From assembly GCF_020745735.1 (NCBI RefSeq), contig NC_083427.1, positions 3,069,438 through 3,133,437 of the forward strand: a stretch of DNA of 64,000 bases, in the 5' to 3' direction. This stretch comes from Hemiscyllium ocellatum. Its lineage: Eukaryota. Both the position numbers and the translations under genes were made by a program. The notes beneath the pieces are model-generated. The model saw nothing but the letters and a program-made list of their open reading frames with translations. It was not told where the DNA came from and did not search any database. Shown piece by piece: positions 51,225-64,000 of this stretch. Within the stretch, counting starts at the first letter, position 1. Each line of letters starts with the position of its first letter.

Positions 51225-52185
51225 ATGGCATCTCTACAATGTGGAAGGAGGCCGTTCAAACCATGGAATCCATACTGACTCTCTGTAGAGTATCCCACAC
51301 AGACCAGCTACACAAAATAACCCCTAACACCACATCTACCCTGGCTAATCCACCTAGTCTCTACATCCGTGAATACTACGGGCAATTGCAGCATGGCCAA
51401 TCGACATCTTTGGACAGTGGGATGAAACAGGAGCAGTCGGAAGAAACCTACACAGACCATAAGACCATAAGACCATAAGACATAGGAGTGGAAGTAAGGA
51501 CATTCGACCCATCGAGTCCACTCCGCCATTCAATCATGGCTGATGGGCATTTCAACTCCACTTCCCCTCATTCTCCCCATAGCCTTAATTCCTCGAGACA
51601 ACAAGAATCTATCAATTTCTGCCTTGAAGACATTTAGCGTCCTGGCCTCCACTGCACCCTGTGGCAATGAATTCCACAGGCCCATCACTCTCTGGCTGAA
51701 GAAATGTCTCGGCATTTCTGTTCTGAATTTACCCCCTCTAATTCTAAGTCTGTGTCCACGGGTCCTAGTCTCCTCGCCTAATGGAAACAATTTCCTAGTG
51801 TCCACCCTTTCCAAGCCATGTATTATCTTGTACGTCTCTATTAAGTCTCCCATTAATCTTGTAAACTCCAATGAATGCAATCCCAGGATCCTCAGCCGTT
51901 CCCCATATGTTAGACCAACCATTCCAGGGATCATCCGTGTGAATCTCCGCTGGATACGTTTCAGTGCCAGTATGTCCTTCCTGAGGTGTGGGGACAAAAA
52001 CTGCACACAGTACTCCAAATGGGGCCTAACCAGAGCTTTATACAGTCTCAGTAGCACATCGCTGCTTTTATATTCCAACTTGTACAAAGACAAAGGAGAA
52101 GATCCAATGTCAACACAGACAGTCGCCCGAGGATGGAATCGAACTTGGTTTCCTGGTTCTGTGAGGCAATTGTGCTAATCGCTGC
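51225..52185 (-). mobile_element. HE1-like SINE split by a CR1 insertion
   Basis: SINE head at about 52085-52185 and SINE body/tail at about 51225-51455. Confidence 0.75.
51455..52082 (-). mobile_element. CR1 3' fragment with (TTATGGTC)n tail
   Basis: ORF 51530-52093 (LVRPHLEYCVQF, IQRRFTRMIPG); GACCATAA x3 at 51455-51478; imperfect TSD TACACAGAC (51449) / TACAAAGAC (52083). Confidence 0.92.
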
Positions 52186-53204
52186 CCCATTTAAATTGAA
52201 ATATGCATTGTAGCTTTCATCTCCTGTATTCTTGTTCTATTCTACCATATTATTACACAGTCTTGTATCTGTATTACAGCGCACAGTAGGTCAGATGCAA
52301 ATATAGACTGCAATTTTCACATCGTGCCTTCGTATCCCATCACTATTATAAATTCTGATGCACTCTCATATCGTGTAATCCATCCCTTGTCAGTATATAT
52401 GCAAATTTTCAGCTCCTGTCTTCCACTCTTCATGATATTATTACAGATCTGTTGTGCAATCTCATCATTCAGTTAATCAAATATCAGCATACAGTGAGAT
52501 TTACATACGATGAAGGTGAAATCGAAAATTTTCCACATTGACAACACATCAGATAAACACTGTCGACAATGCAACCCAACCAACAATATTTAAATTTCAC
52601 GATGCACAGTTGATGGCTTTATTGTTACTATTGCAACTTTCTGTTAGCAAATTTATAATAGTGATCTTTCTTCCTCTCCCTTCCTCCACGCCCAGCACCC
52701 CTAATATTTCTCTCTACTTGTGCGCACTCTGGGAACATATTTATACATGTAATTCCCCCCTTCTTTTGACCTGTCTCTTTATCCATGTTTCCTCAATCCT
52801 CATGTTGATCTGTCTGACGATCAATTTCACAGCGAGTGACTGAGGATTGACTCTATCGATCGACATAAACGCGCTTTTCTATCACACCAAGCTATACAAT
52901 TACATAACTTCAATGTATTTATTGTTTGTTTTCATATGTTTATGAAGTTGATATAAGACTATACTTGCTGTGTATGTAAATGGGAGGATAAACTTCTATT
53001 TTTCTGGCGCAGATATTCCAGTATGACTCTTTGTAACTTCATTTGTTCTGCAAACTACTAAGAAGGCAAAACAGAATTAAAGTTCCAACCAAACTTCTCG
53101 TTCATCATTATTTAATTCTGCTTGATAATAAAGAGGAAGGCACCCTTGCATTTTTGAGTAGACGTACCATTTCTTCACTTGACTAGTAAATCTTAAGACT
53201 TTGA

Positions 53205-53512
53205 TTAGATTAGATTCCCTACAGTATGTGAACAGGCCCTTCGGCACAACAAGTCCGCAGCGACCCTCCGAAGACTAACCCATCCAGGCCCATTTCCCTC
53301 GGACTGATGCACCTAACACTATTGGCAATTTAGCATGGCCAATTCACCTAACCTGCACATCTTTGGACTGTGGGAGGAAACCGGAGCACCCGGAGGAAAC
53401 CCACGCAAACACGAGTAGAATATGCGAACTCCACACAGTCAGTCACCCGAAGTTGGAATTGAACCTGGTGCTGTGAGGCTGCAGTGTTAACCACTGAACC
53501 ACCGTGCCGCCC
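53205..53512 (-). mobile_element. Full-length HE1-like tRNA-derived SINE (a partial copy follows at about 53715-53850)
   Basis: Head GGGCGGCACGGTGGTTCAGTGGTTAACAC..GGTTCAATTCC; (TCTAA)n tail. Confidence 0.9.
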
Positions 53513-54064
53513 GCAAAACGTAGTTGTCTTCTTTCAGCAACTCACCACGTGTTTGCTGAACAGTTCTTCACTGTGGCACTGAGTTCTTGCTTATGACAGA
53601 ATTCGTTTGAAGTTTGCTTTTGTGCAATTGTGCAATGGCCATTGTCACATGATCTTTATTCTTGGGACTGCTGCTTGCTTCTTGCTAGCAATGGCTCACA
53701 AATCATCATTTTAGATTAGATTTCCTGCAGTGTGGAAACAGGACATTTGGCCCAAAAAGTCCACACCAACCTTCCGAAGAGTAACCCACCCAGACCCATT
53801 CCCCTCTGAATGATGCACCTAATACTATGGACAATTTAGCATAGCCAATTTGAGGAAAATTGCTCGAACAAATGTTGCACAAAAAATGCGTCAGGTGGAA
53901 ACCTCATTTACATACTAATTCCTTGAGGGTAAAAGAAAGAAATATTATAGTTATGTCACTGTATTTTCTGAAAGATATACTACTTCATTCCCTAAAGACT
54001 TTGATCCAGTATTTCATAAGTGCATGACATCATCACTGCTAACATGGTGATTGTCAATTGCATA

Positions 54065-55200
54065 ATTAGAAGTAGACAGGCAACAGATTGGAAAAACACA
54101 GAAAGCCATGCATCATCAGGAAGTGGAGAAGTGGATGTTTCGTGTGCTACCGTTCTTCAAGACTGAAGGTGGGTGTGGGTGGAGCTGCAGATAAAGGGGA
54201 TAGCGGGATCCGGGTGGTGAATGGTGGATAGGTGAAAACAGGGAACAGGTACGACTTGGTTGGTTAATAGGAGGAGTGAATCCGGTTGGTGGAAGGGGGC
54301 AGCAGAAGGGAGGGGGAGGGGCAGGGAAGGGAGGTTATTTCAAATTGGACAACTCAATGTTAAGTCCTCCGGGCTGTTGGGTGGCCAGGCAGAAGATGAG
54401 GTGTTCTACTTCCAATTTGTGGTGTGGTTCATTGCAGGAGGCCAAGGATAGTCATATCAGAAACGGAGTTGTTGGGGGAATTGAAATAGGCGGTGACTGG
54501 GAGGTCTGGTCAGCCCCTGCGATGCTCGATGAACCATTCCCCAAGTTTATATTTGGTCTGCTGATGTGGTGAAGACCAGACCTGGAGCACCAGATGCCGT
54601 ACACTAATTTGGAAGAGACGCTGGTCGACTTCTGTCTCACCTGGAAGGACTGGTTGAGGCCCTGAATGGAGGTGAGGGGCGTGGTGTACGGCAGGGTTTG
54701 CACCTTTTCGAGTTGCAAGGGAAGTTCTCTTTTCCTCCTCGTGCAAAGTCATCCAAGAATAATGTTCAAACGCCACTGCTGAGGGAATGCTGCTCAGCCA
54801 GAAGTGCTGTTCGCCTGATTGAGACAATAGCCTGAGGGCACAGTTTTCTTTCTCTGTTGTGTTCGATGTTAATTGATTCGCAATCACCATTTCTACAAGT
54901 AGAAATTGAAATTCCCCCGGGTGATCTAGATTGAACCATCTTTCCTCAATCAGCGCATTCACCTCATTACTTGAGGCAGCAATATGAATGCAAAATGGGA
55001 GCCACATTGAAAGTGTTAACCTTACACCTCATATTTCATGTGTGATGATAGTTTGTGGAGAGGTCGGCACAGTCTGGGGACGTGGAGTCATTCCCTCTTC
55101 TCCACTGTCACCTAAATTCTGTCGTTCATCAGCCATTTGTTTCTGCAGGCAACCGCAGTTTCTAACCAATTTGGCAACAAGTATAAGCTTATGTTTTGTT
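54065..55200 (-). mobile_element. Penelope-like element 3' part (RT C-terminus / GIY-YIG / terminal repeat)
   Basis: Minus: ..YIGQ..QTKYKLGEWFIEH, PPISIPPTTPFL, and aaacacctcatcttctgcctggccacccaacagcccggaggacttaacattgagttgtccaatttgaaataa, paralleling 2020-2100. Confidence 0.8.
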
Positions 55201-56649
55201 GGCTGATTTCTTTTTTTGTTGTTTCAAGCTAAGTGTTCATCTACAGTTAGCTTCACCGAAAAATCAAGCCAGGAATCCATAATATATCAATCTATGATAC
55301 CATCTTTGCACACTTCCTGTCATTCTTATCTAGCTGAAATTGTCATTTTCTGAAGCGTTGTTGGCAGTGACGTGATTGACGATAATTATGCCAGTTTACT
55401 TCTGTCAAATTAGAACATATAACATTACAGTGCAGTGCAGGCCCTTCGGCTCTCGATGTTGCACTGACCTGTGGAACCAATCTGAAGCCCATCTAACCTA
55501 CATATTCCACTTTCATCCATATGTTTATCCAATGACTATTTAAATGCCCTTGAAATTTTCTTCACTTTTGCGCAAGGTCACGCCATAATCTTTGCTAATC
55601 ACATGCATTTTTAAAATATTGACTAAAACATTATAGTGATCTGAAGGTAAAAATGTGCACATTTCCATTCAGTGTTAAATTATTTGAACATTCAATTCTC
55701 GCCTCAATATCCTGCTCAATGCCAGATAAAGACCAATGGAAAGAATGTTTCCACAGCAGAACGATGCCTTACTTTTTGCTCCTAAAGAGTTCTAAAGTTT
55801 CGTAATTCGCTCTCAATACTAATGTTGATCATAGTATTTCTGCAGGCCCAGATTCAAAACATTCTGCTCACCGACACCATTCCAGTTAAAATAATACAAC
55901 CTTCACAAAGAGAAACATCAATGCTAATCAACCTGCAATATTATTATGCTGATTTGTATATTTAGATCGTTCATAACCTACATGATGATGTGCACAGAAG
56001 GATGGAAACCCTTCAGTGAAGACAGAGCTGATAGATTATGCAGTTCTGGTCTTGCTTCACATGTTTCCCATCACCTTACCTCAAACAGCAGATATATGTT
56101 ATTCGGAATACATTCAAATCCTCGTGAAATTTGTTTATTATGACACCAGAGTGGTCTTGTTTTAAAACATTTAATCTATTGTACGGATAAGCATGACAAT
56201 TCATTTTTTTTTTGTTATGGTGAGACATAAAGTAGAATTTGTAATTTATTGAATTCAGTCCAGGATCCAGTTCAGGAGATCATGGCAAATTTTAAAGCAT
56301 GTACCACAGTTCAGTAGCATAGTCTCCACTAAACATTCTGGGGCCTGCCAATGCACGGCAAGGGACAAATGAAAAGCAATAGTGTAAGTTAAGGGCCGAA
56401 GCAGTATCGCATAATAAGCGCCAAGACTGATAACTTAAAGACGGGACAAAATGTTTGGAGAAAAGACATTTTTAAATTGTTTAAGTTTTAAGGAATAAGA
56501 TAGACAACATTTGAAAAAAATATTATGTCCTGAAGTTTTGTCTGAAACAAAACAAGGTCTGAAGATTTCTTCTTCAGACCACAGTAAAACATAAATAAAA
56601 AGTATGATTTTTACAAGGAAGACACTTAAAATATGAGGTTGCCTGAGCG

Positions 56650-58745
56650 TGATCGGTGCAAGGATACACATACAGAAACAAAGAAAAATAGAAAATAGAT
56701 GCAAGAGTTGTCCATTCAACTCATCAAACATGCACCCGCATTCAATATGATCATGGTAGATCATGCCATTCAGGAACTCGTTTCTGTTTTCTCCATATCC
56801 CTTGATCCCTTTCTATGCATAGGCCATGTCCAGCTCCCTCTTGAATATATCGAATGAACTGGCCCCAACAGCTTTCTGTGATAAACCATTCCAGAGGTTC
56901 ACAACTCTCTAATTGAACAATTTCTTCCTCTCTCGGTCCTAAATGGTTTAATCCTTATTCTTATACTGTCACTCTTATTTCTGAACTCTTCTCAGATCCA
57001 TAAAATATAAGGCCAGTCTCTTCAATTTTTCTGCATATGTCAGTCCTGCCATCCTGGATCAGTCTGGTGAACCTTTGCTGGACTCCCTCAATAGAAAGAA
57101 TGTCCGTCCTCAGACTTGGAAATCGAAACAGCATACAATACTCAAGGTGTGGCCTCACCAAGGCCATGCAAACCTAGAGCAAGACATCCTCACTCCTATA
57201 CTCAAATCTTTAAGCCGTCAGATTGCTTCATTGCCTGCTGTACCTGAATATCAATGATTACCCCACCATGACACTCAGGTCTCCGTACATCTCACCTTTT
57301 CCTAAACTACCACCATTCAGAAAATGATTTGCCTTATAAGTAATTTGTCAAATATTTACCCAGTCAGCCAAACTGTCCAAGTCACCCTGCAGCCTCTTAG
57401 CTTCCTCCTCACAGCACACACTGCGACTCAGTTTGGTATCGTCTGCAAGTTTGGTGAGATTGCATTCAATTTCTTCGTCCAAATCGTTAATGTATGTTGT
57501 AAACAGCAGAGGTCCCAGAACTGAAGTCTTCAGCACACTATTCATTACTGCCTGTTACTCTGAAAACGCGTCGTTCTTTCCGGCTCTCTGCTTCCTGTCT
57601 GTCAATCAGTTTTCGATACATTTAATACATTTCCTCTGATACAATGTACATTGATTTGCCTTACTTATCCTTTGTAGAGAAAATTGCCAAAAGCCTTTTG
57701 AAAGTCCAGATCTGCAACATCTTTTGATTCATGCTCGTCAACAGGAGTTGTCACATCCTCAAAACTGTCCAGAAAATTTGTCAAGCATCATTTCGCTTTT
57801 GTGAATCCGTGCTGACATAGAACAATTCTGCCACCGTTTTGCAAATATTCAGTTATTACATCCTTAATAACTGATTCCATCATCTTCACTATCAGTGATA
57901 TCAGGCAAACTGTCCCATCATTCCACGTGTTCTCTCTCCCTCTATTTTTAAATAGTAGGGCTACATTGACTATTCTCCAGTCTATTGGATGATTTTCAGA
58001 GTCTACAGAATGGTAGGAAATGATCTGAAACGTGTCCGTTATTTCTCAGGCCACTTCTTTAAGTACTCTGGAATGCAAACATCAGGACCTGGGCATTTAT
58101 CGTGTTTCATCCAATCAATTTCCCCAATAGCATCTCCTGATTGTTAAGAATTTTATTCTGTTCCTCCTCACGTTTAACCTTCTGTCCCCAGTTTTTCAAG
58201 AAGGTTACTTATGCTGTGCCTTCGTGAAGACAGATACAAAGTACTTGTTCAACTAGTCTGCAGTCTCTTTGTTGTCCAATTCACCTTGATTCTAACTGCA
58301 AGGACGTACATTTGTCTTCACCAGTCTTTTCCTCTTTACATACCGGTAGAAGCTTTTGCAGTCGGTTTTCATGTTTTTATGTTTTCCGTAAGCTTACTTT
58401 CATATTATATTTTCCCACTCTGAATTAAACTGTTTGTCCTCCTCTGTTGCATTTTAAATGTTACCTGTCCTCAGTTTGCTACTTTTTCTGGCCGATTTAT
58501 GTGCCTCGTCTTTGTGTTTAACACTATCCCTGATTTTCTTATTGCGGCATGGTTGAGCCACCTATTCTTGATTACTCTTACGCTTGTGAGGAAGGTACAA
58601 TTGTTGAAATTCACCCGTTTGCTCTTTAAGTGATTAAAGTTGTCTATCTCCTGTTAACTCCTTAAGTATCCTTGGCCAGCTTATCCTTACCAATGCATGA
58701 CTCATGCCGTCAAAGTTAGCTTTCGTCAAGTTCAGGAGTTTGCAT
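56650..58745 (-). mobile_element. Old decayed CR1 LINE (ORF2 3' half)
   Basis: ALVRPHLEYC (56961-57167), VLGPLLFTTYINDLDE..KLADD (57348-57545). Confidence 0.88.
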
Positions 58746-61171
58746 AATGTCACAAAGTGATCGTCAGAATAAAGAGGCTCGAGGTTACAATCATCATAAT
58801 TCTTCAAACATCAGTTCGTACACTCAAGCATTCCAGCCCTTAAATTCTTTGGTGACGTTACTTCCCAATCCTCCTTTGAGGCGGGAATGAAGCCTGAACT
58901 CTTGGACAAATTTTTGGTTAGCTATCTTAATATTTGGTTAGCTATCCTAAAGTGGTTCGGTGAGAACGCTGAGTGGCAAATCTTCCATGAAAAATGCTTT
59001 GTGTTCTGTTGTATTAAATAAACGATGCAAATGCATTTCTGTGAGTCCTCTTTTTCAGTTTGTTTGTGTTTATTGATTGTCATCTTTTTTCTAAAACAAA
59101 GACAAAGATTATAGATTTAAATGATGATGCACACTTTATTGACTGATTTTGTGAGCATTATATTACCCAAAGATTCTACAGCATTTTGTCCAAAATTCCA
59201 ACCGGCAATTAAATGATTAGTCGATCAGAACTTACGTCAGCAATGACAAATCGTGCTTTTTTGTGAAGCAACGTTTCATTCTTTGAACAAACGTATATGC
59301 TAACGTGGAGAATTGGTCAATATCATCAACAGCTGACAAGAATAAAACCAAAGCCATTGCGTATTCCTGTCAAGTGAGCTCTGCAAGTGTGTAATAAAGA
59401 TTCTGAGCAGTTTAATTGTGAAGTTTGTATGTACTTGCCTTCCTGAGCTCCTCTGGTGCAGTTATAGTATTCCTTCGTCTGGGCCAAGAAGCCTGAGTTC
59501 AGGTCTTAGATACTTAGAGCAGTATAATACTCTAAGCAGTATAATAATATATCTCAACCGGTTAGTTCGATTCTTTTTCATGTTCAAAGTCCTTCCATGT
59601 TCCTCATACACTTTTTTTGAATCTGAAACTGATCACAATCAGCATTCTGACCTCTTTGCCCTGTCCTTATTTTAGTACAAATACCACTATCTCTGCACCA
59701 TAATATGGCAATCCAAAATTGATTCCACTCCTCCCTTTCTCTCTATTTCTGTTTCATTACTTTTTTCCAATTATGCACAGCAGAAGGGGTCTCAGATCTC
59801 TCTACATCCCATGAGCAATCTATTTTATTGCCTTTGACCAAATTCCACAAATAATTTTGAACTAAGCTGACAGTCTCGCACTCACAGAGACCTATAAATA
59901 TCTTTCAACTCAATTTTCTCGGTATCTCCCAAAGTGCCTAACACCAGATACACCTCGATCTGCAGACCTGCATTAATTGAACTGTCTCAAATACTGCTGC
60001 TCTTCTCTTCGCCATGAATCAATCTGAATCCATTATTATTGATCCAGTATGCTGGGCGGAGTCAATTTTAAATTCTTTCCATTTAATCAATGTGGAATTA
60101 GCCAATTCAGAAATCAGAGAACTATTGGAAAATTACAAAAGATTTTGTATCCATCTGTAATTTCACTGTTTGTTCTCTGAAAAAGTAGATTACTATGTAT
60201 TCTTTCGTTGTCATTCTTCGTCAGATTATTGAGTTGCTTGTCTTAACCTTCATTAGATTCTCAAAAGCACATTCTAACAATTTCTGTGTGTAGGATTTCC
60301 GTAATCAAATCTGAACATAATGTATAAAGAGGGCTCGCAAGTACTACTTATGTCGTCAAATTTCCTCTTGCCCTAGTGCCTGCTTTTCTTTATCTGACCC
60401 CCACAGAGCATTGCATGTGACCCATAACACCATCAAGTCGCCCACTTACAGTTCTCAGTCTTACAACAGAAAAAAATGAATAATTAAGACACATAATAAG
60501 TATTGTTGTCAGAAAATTCACTTATGATTTGGAGAACAAGGTAACGTCAAGCTGTATCAGTAACCATGAAGTGAATTACTGCGAAACTTCATCGTTGTTT
60601 ATATTAATAAGTAATAAGTATTTCCTCCAGCCAATATTTCACAGGTGGACTTGATATTCATGTGATGGTGACATGAGTCTGAAAAATAGCACCTACTATT
60701 CTCATTTGTGGGTCAGTTGGAATCGTCCTCGCCGAAAATGTAAAATTTTATGTTGCAGCTCCTCGCCAGTCAAATGAGAACAAGAGTTAAGACTCATGTC
60801 TCAGTGCAGCATCGAAAGGATGCTATGTTAGTAGAGATGTTCTTTTGTCAGTGAGACATTCGACCAAGGCCCAGTATGTCCCCCCGCGGGATACAACTGA
60901 TTTCACAATGCTGCACTAATCAGAATAGAAAAGTTATTCAGTAAGACACTACCGGAAAAGATAAGTGTATATGGTGGTCTGTCAGGAAATGAAATGATGT
61001 TTGGAAGTGAGCACTGAATGCATTAAATGAAATTATTATTTAAATAAGAGTCAATAGGATTACAGGTGATAATGAATGGATGGATGTATAAATGTAAAGA
61101 TTGAGAAATGGATGAGTGGAGGAATGGATATATGAAAGCATAGACAGGATCGGAACGTGACAAGTGGGGAA

Positions 61172-62200
61172 TTAAGGGACGTTCCTGGGTGTCACTTTAC
61201 CATTAAGTATGCGTTGCACAAAACAAAAGTCTGTTCTCCACTGAAAGGTTTGGGATTTGAAAATGTAGAGCAATGGATTGAAAACTGTGTTAACAGACAT
61301 GACGGCCCAGGTGTATGGTCGAATAGAGTAAATGTACCACTTTGTCACTTCTCCCGAGGTACCCAACAAGCTCTTCAAACCAAAAGACAATTCAAAGATA
61401 TGATATGGACCAAAACAACAAAGAAGAAGAGCCAGAATGGCTAGAATAGTTCTCAGTGCCTTCTTCTTCATAACTGTCATAGATTCCTTCCCAGAACTGA
61501 CTGCAATTAATTTCTTAGCGGTTATGGCATAGCAGGATAATAGAATCAGGATTGGAATGAAAAATGTGAACAATTCGTGGCACAGTAAAACCACGATATT
61601 CTCCTCCCAGAGAACAATTTGAGCACCACATGGCAGTAAGTCGTGCAATGGACCTTTTGTAATGAAATTGGCCACCAGACTCTGCACGAACAGAATGAAC
61701 CAAATTGCAATTGTCATAATGACATAATATTGGCGCCTTCTCCACGTCTGGAACTTGATGGGATGGACTACAGCTATGTATTGGTCAATCGCAATGCAGG
61801 TCATAACGACAGGATTCCCATATAAGATGAATACATTCGCAATAATGTTGATACGACTAAGAATGTCTGTTGCAATAAGTGGTTTTTTAACTGGTAGCAA
61901 AATAAATGTTTCAGATATCATGGTAAAAATGTTCATTATGGTTAAGTTAAGATGGAGGACATCTGCTGGTAATGATATCTTCTTTTGTATGAGACGCCAC
62001 AGTGCAATTGAGTTTCCAATGATGCTCAGGATAATTATCGGGGCAAGGACAATGGATATGATGCCAATTCTAGTAATGAAACTTTCATCTTCAGAGTTGG
62101 CCATCGAGCAGTTGAGGCCATCATTTTCATCCATAATAGTTGAGTTGACCTCTGACCACGGTCTCGTCAGTGTTTGATTCCAGCTCACAAAATCAGCCAT
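61172..62200 (-). CDS. Class A (rhodopsin-family) GPCR, P2Y/LPAR6/GPR35-like delta group, 342 aa from the probable start MADFVSW
   Basis: Uninterrupted ORF with seven hydrophobic segments: GN in TM1 (IIGNSIALW), CIAIDQYIAVVHP in TM3, W in TM4, CFGPYH in TM6, NPLLY in TM7; N-terminal sequons NQT, NST, NCS. A splice acceptor (ttttattatttAG, AG at 62213-62212) lies 11 nt before ATG 62200. Confidence 0.92.
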   Translation of the reverse strand: MADFVSWNQTLTRPWSEVNSTIMDENDGLNCSMANSEDESFITRIGIISIVLAPIIILSIIGNSIALWRLIQKKISLPADVLHLNLTIMNIFTMISETFILLPVKKPLIATDILSRINIIANVFILYGNPVVMTCIAIDQYIAVVHPIKFQTWRRRQYYVIMTIAIWFILFVQSLVANFITKGPLHDLLPCGAQIVLWEENIVVLLCHELFTFFIPILILLSCYAITAKKLIAVSSGKESMTVMKKKALRTILAILALLLCCFGPYHIFELSFGLKSLLGTSGEVTKWYIYSIRPYTWAVMSVNTVFNPLLYIFKSQTFQWRTDFCFVQRILNGKVTPRNVP

Positions 62201-62689
62201 GTGATGTTGTACTAAATAATAAAAAACAACAATAATTACAATTAAGAAGATACTTTCAATGTCTGCGATCCAATGACAGTTGAGATTGCACAATTACTAT
62301 TGTGAAAATACAATGAGGCTAGAATATTTTTGCCTTTTCTGACTGGATGCGACCGGATGAGGTTCTAACATTAGAATAGTAAAACCCAATAAGTAGAGAT
62401 ATCTGTGCTGCCCACGTACAATTGAAGTGACTGAGTAGGAGCCTCTGAAAATGCACAGATATGTATTAAACTGCAACACAATGACAGTTTTATGTCACAC
62501 TAATATGAAATGTAATCGACATCACTCAGCAAAACTGTCTCAAGGACTACCTGTCTATTAATTGGTCTCTACTTCAGACATATTGCCACAGAATTACTCA
62601 TCTATGTCTGTTGTTCATGTTCAGGTTGCATCTGTGTAGTGAATGAGATCTCTCTCTCCTTCGGCACTGGTCTTTCTTGTTCAAATGCA

Positions 62690-63525
62690 GATAACATGAG
62701 AATTAGTGGAGTTGTGGACAGCGAAGAAGGCTGAGGAATGGCAAATGGAGTTTGAGCTCGATAAATGTGAGTGCTGAATTTTGGTATGGCAAATCGGGGC
62801 AGGACTTATACAATTAATAGTAAGGTCCGGTGGAACATTATGTTGTCGTGCCAGATCATTGCTCGTTAAAATTCGAAGCTCAGGTAGACAGGGTAGTGAA
62901 GAAGACATTTTGCACGCTTGCCTTTATTGGGCTGTGCATCGAATATAGGGGTTGGGAGGTCACCTTGTAGTTCTGTAGGACATTTTGTTGGACCACTTTT
63001 GGAATGCTGATTAAATTCTGGTCTCCCTGCTACAGGAAATGTTATGACACTTGATAGGGTACAGAAAAGATTCAAAAGGATGTTGCCTGAATTGAAGGTG
63101 TGAGCTATTGGGAGAGGCTAAGTAGGCTGCCGCTATTTTCTCTGAAGTATTTAGGCAAACTGGATAGAAGCTTATAAAATCATGAGGGGCATAGATACGT
63201 GAATACTCAAGATCTGCTTCCGTTCGGGACAGGAGCCCTGGACAGGAGTGCACAGGTTTAAATTGAGAGAGGGATGATTAAGAGACCTAAGGGACAACTT
63301 TTTCCAATCAATTGCGTGTATGGAATGAGCTGCCAGAGGAAGTGGTGAAGGCCGGTACAATTACACTATTTGAAAGGCATCTGGATGAATATATGAATAG
63401 CAAGGGTTTAAAGGGAAATGGGCCAAATGCTGGCAAATGGGACTCGATTAATCTAGGATATCTGCTCGGCATAAAAGAGTTGGTCAAAGTGTCTGTTTCT
63501 ATGGTGAAGGTCTCTATGACCCTAT
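62690..63525 (+). mobile_element. CR1 LINE 3' fragment
   Basis: EWQMEFELDKC, ggaccacttttggaatgctgattaaattctggtctcc, ORF 63312-63527; tail ctctatgaccctat. Confidence 0.9.
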
Positions 63526-63779
63526 AACAGCTTTGTTCTGTCTGACCTTGATTTTCCACATCATCATGCGTTCATTTTCTATCATTCTCCCGACTTTGCC
63601 TTTCATTTGAAATGGTTTGTTTCGTTTTTTCATACAGTCGTGGGCTCTCGTGATTATTTCCCCACTCAGAGATCTCGGCCCAAGAATGTAACCGTTAAAT
63701 AACAGCACAGAGGTGAACGTGTTTTGGAAAAATCAATAATTTAACCAAACCATGTACGGTTTGTGACAACTTTCATTCC

Positions 63780-64000
63780 ATTCTGTTTCTCCATCTTCTA
63801 TCTGCTTTCTTTGTTCCCTTTCAGCATTGCTCCTTCATCTCTTTCCTCAAGGTCTGGCCTTGATTTCTATTTCACCTTCTCCATTTCTTCCATCTCCCAA
63901 ATTTTCTCTTCCCCTCCTTTTGTTTTCTATTCCTTCTTTTGAAAGCTAATTTTCTGTCCTTTTCCTAACTCTCAGATGTCTTCCGTTTTCCTGCATTTTG
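63780..64000. repeat. Pyrimidine-rich (C/T) low-complexity tract
   Basis: Plus strand almost all C/T to the window end. Confidence 0.7.

Noticed and set aside
51455-51485. GACCATAA tandem repeats as a CRISPR-like array
   Set aside because: No spacers and no cas genes in a eukaryotic context; it is a CR1 3' tail.
51543-52178. Long ORFs antisense to LINEs (also 6630-7112, 25745-26275, 28254-28883, 12347-12790)
   Set aside because: Opposite-strand shadows of CR1 coding sequence with no independent gene features.
53440-53512. tRNA-like A/B boxes here and at about 3860-3934, 41030-41095 and 41530-41595
   Set aside because: These are heads of HE1-type SINEs, continuing into a shared body and simple-repeat tail; no complete cloverleaf.
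58750-61150. Possible second receptor or TE downstream of the intact GPCR
   Set aside because: No 7TM pattern or TE motif could be read with confidence; left unannotated.
61755-62177. 140-aa plus-strand ORF
   Set aside because: Antisense shadow of the GPCR coding sequence.
62201-62293. 31-aa N-terminal extension of the GPCR given by the ORF track
   Set aside because: Starts at a non-preferred position and runs through a T-rich tract ending in a splice acceptor just before ATG 62200, so it is probably intronic.

Overview
Eukaryotic, intron-containing, transposon-dense DNA. The repeat families (CR1 LINEs with an SGNH-esterase ORF1, HE1-type tRNA-derived SINEs, Penelope-like GIY-YIG elements, a Gmr1-type Gypsy element) and a GPR139-like receptor point to a cartilaginous fish, probably a shark; this is inferred from recalled family features, not from a search. 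Roughly half or more of the window is decayed mobile-element sequence, and most ORFs in the supplied track are TE fragments or their antisense shadows. Two host genes can be supported, both class A GPCRs on the minus strand. (1) An intact P2Y/delta-group-like receptor with an uninterrupted CDS (61172-62200) carrying three non-canonical substitutions: DRY to DQY, D2.50N and C3.25S. (2) A two-exon GPR139-like pseudogene (exon 1 at 24337-24406, exon 2 at 17530-18430) with a lost start codon, a nonsense codon and a frameshift. The first 12.4 kb is a nested cluster built on a Gmr1-like LTR retrotransposon (gag-PR-INT-RT order) interrupted by CR1, Penelope and SINE insertions. Unique stretches hold several splice-site-flanked exon candidates of unidentified genes and a CpG-rich island-like segment near 44.5-45.5 kb. 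There is no rRNA, real tRNA gene or CRISPR array, and I found no convincing new multi-gene system. TE boundaries were read by eye and are approximate to tens of bases.
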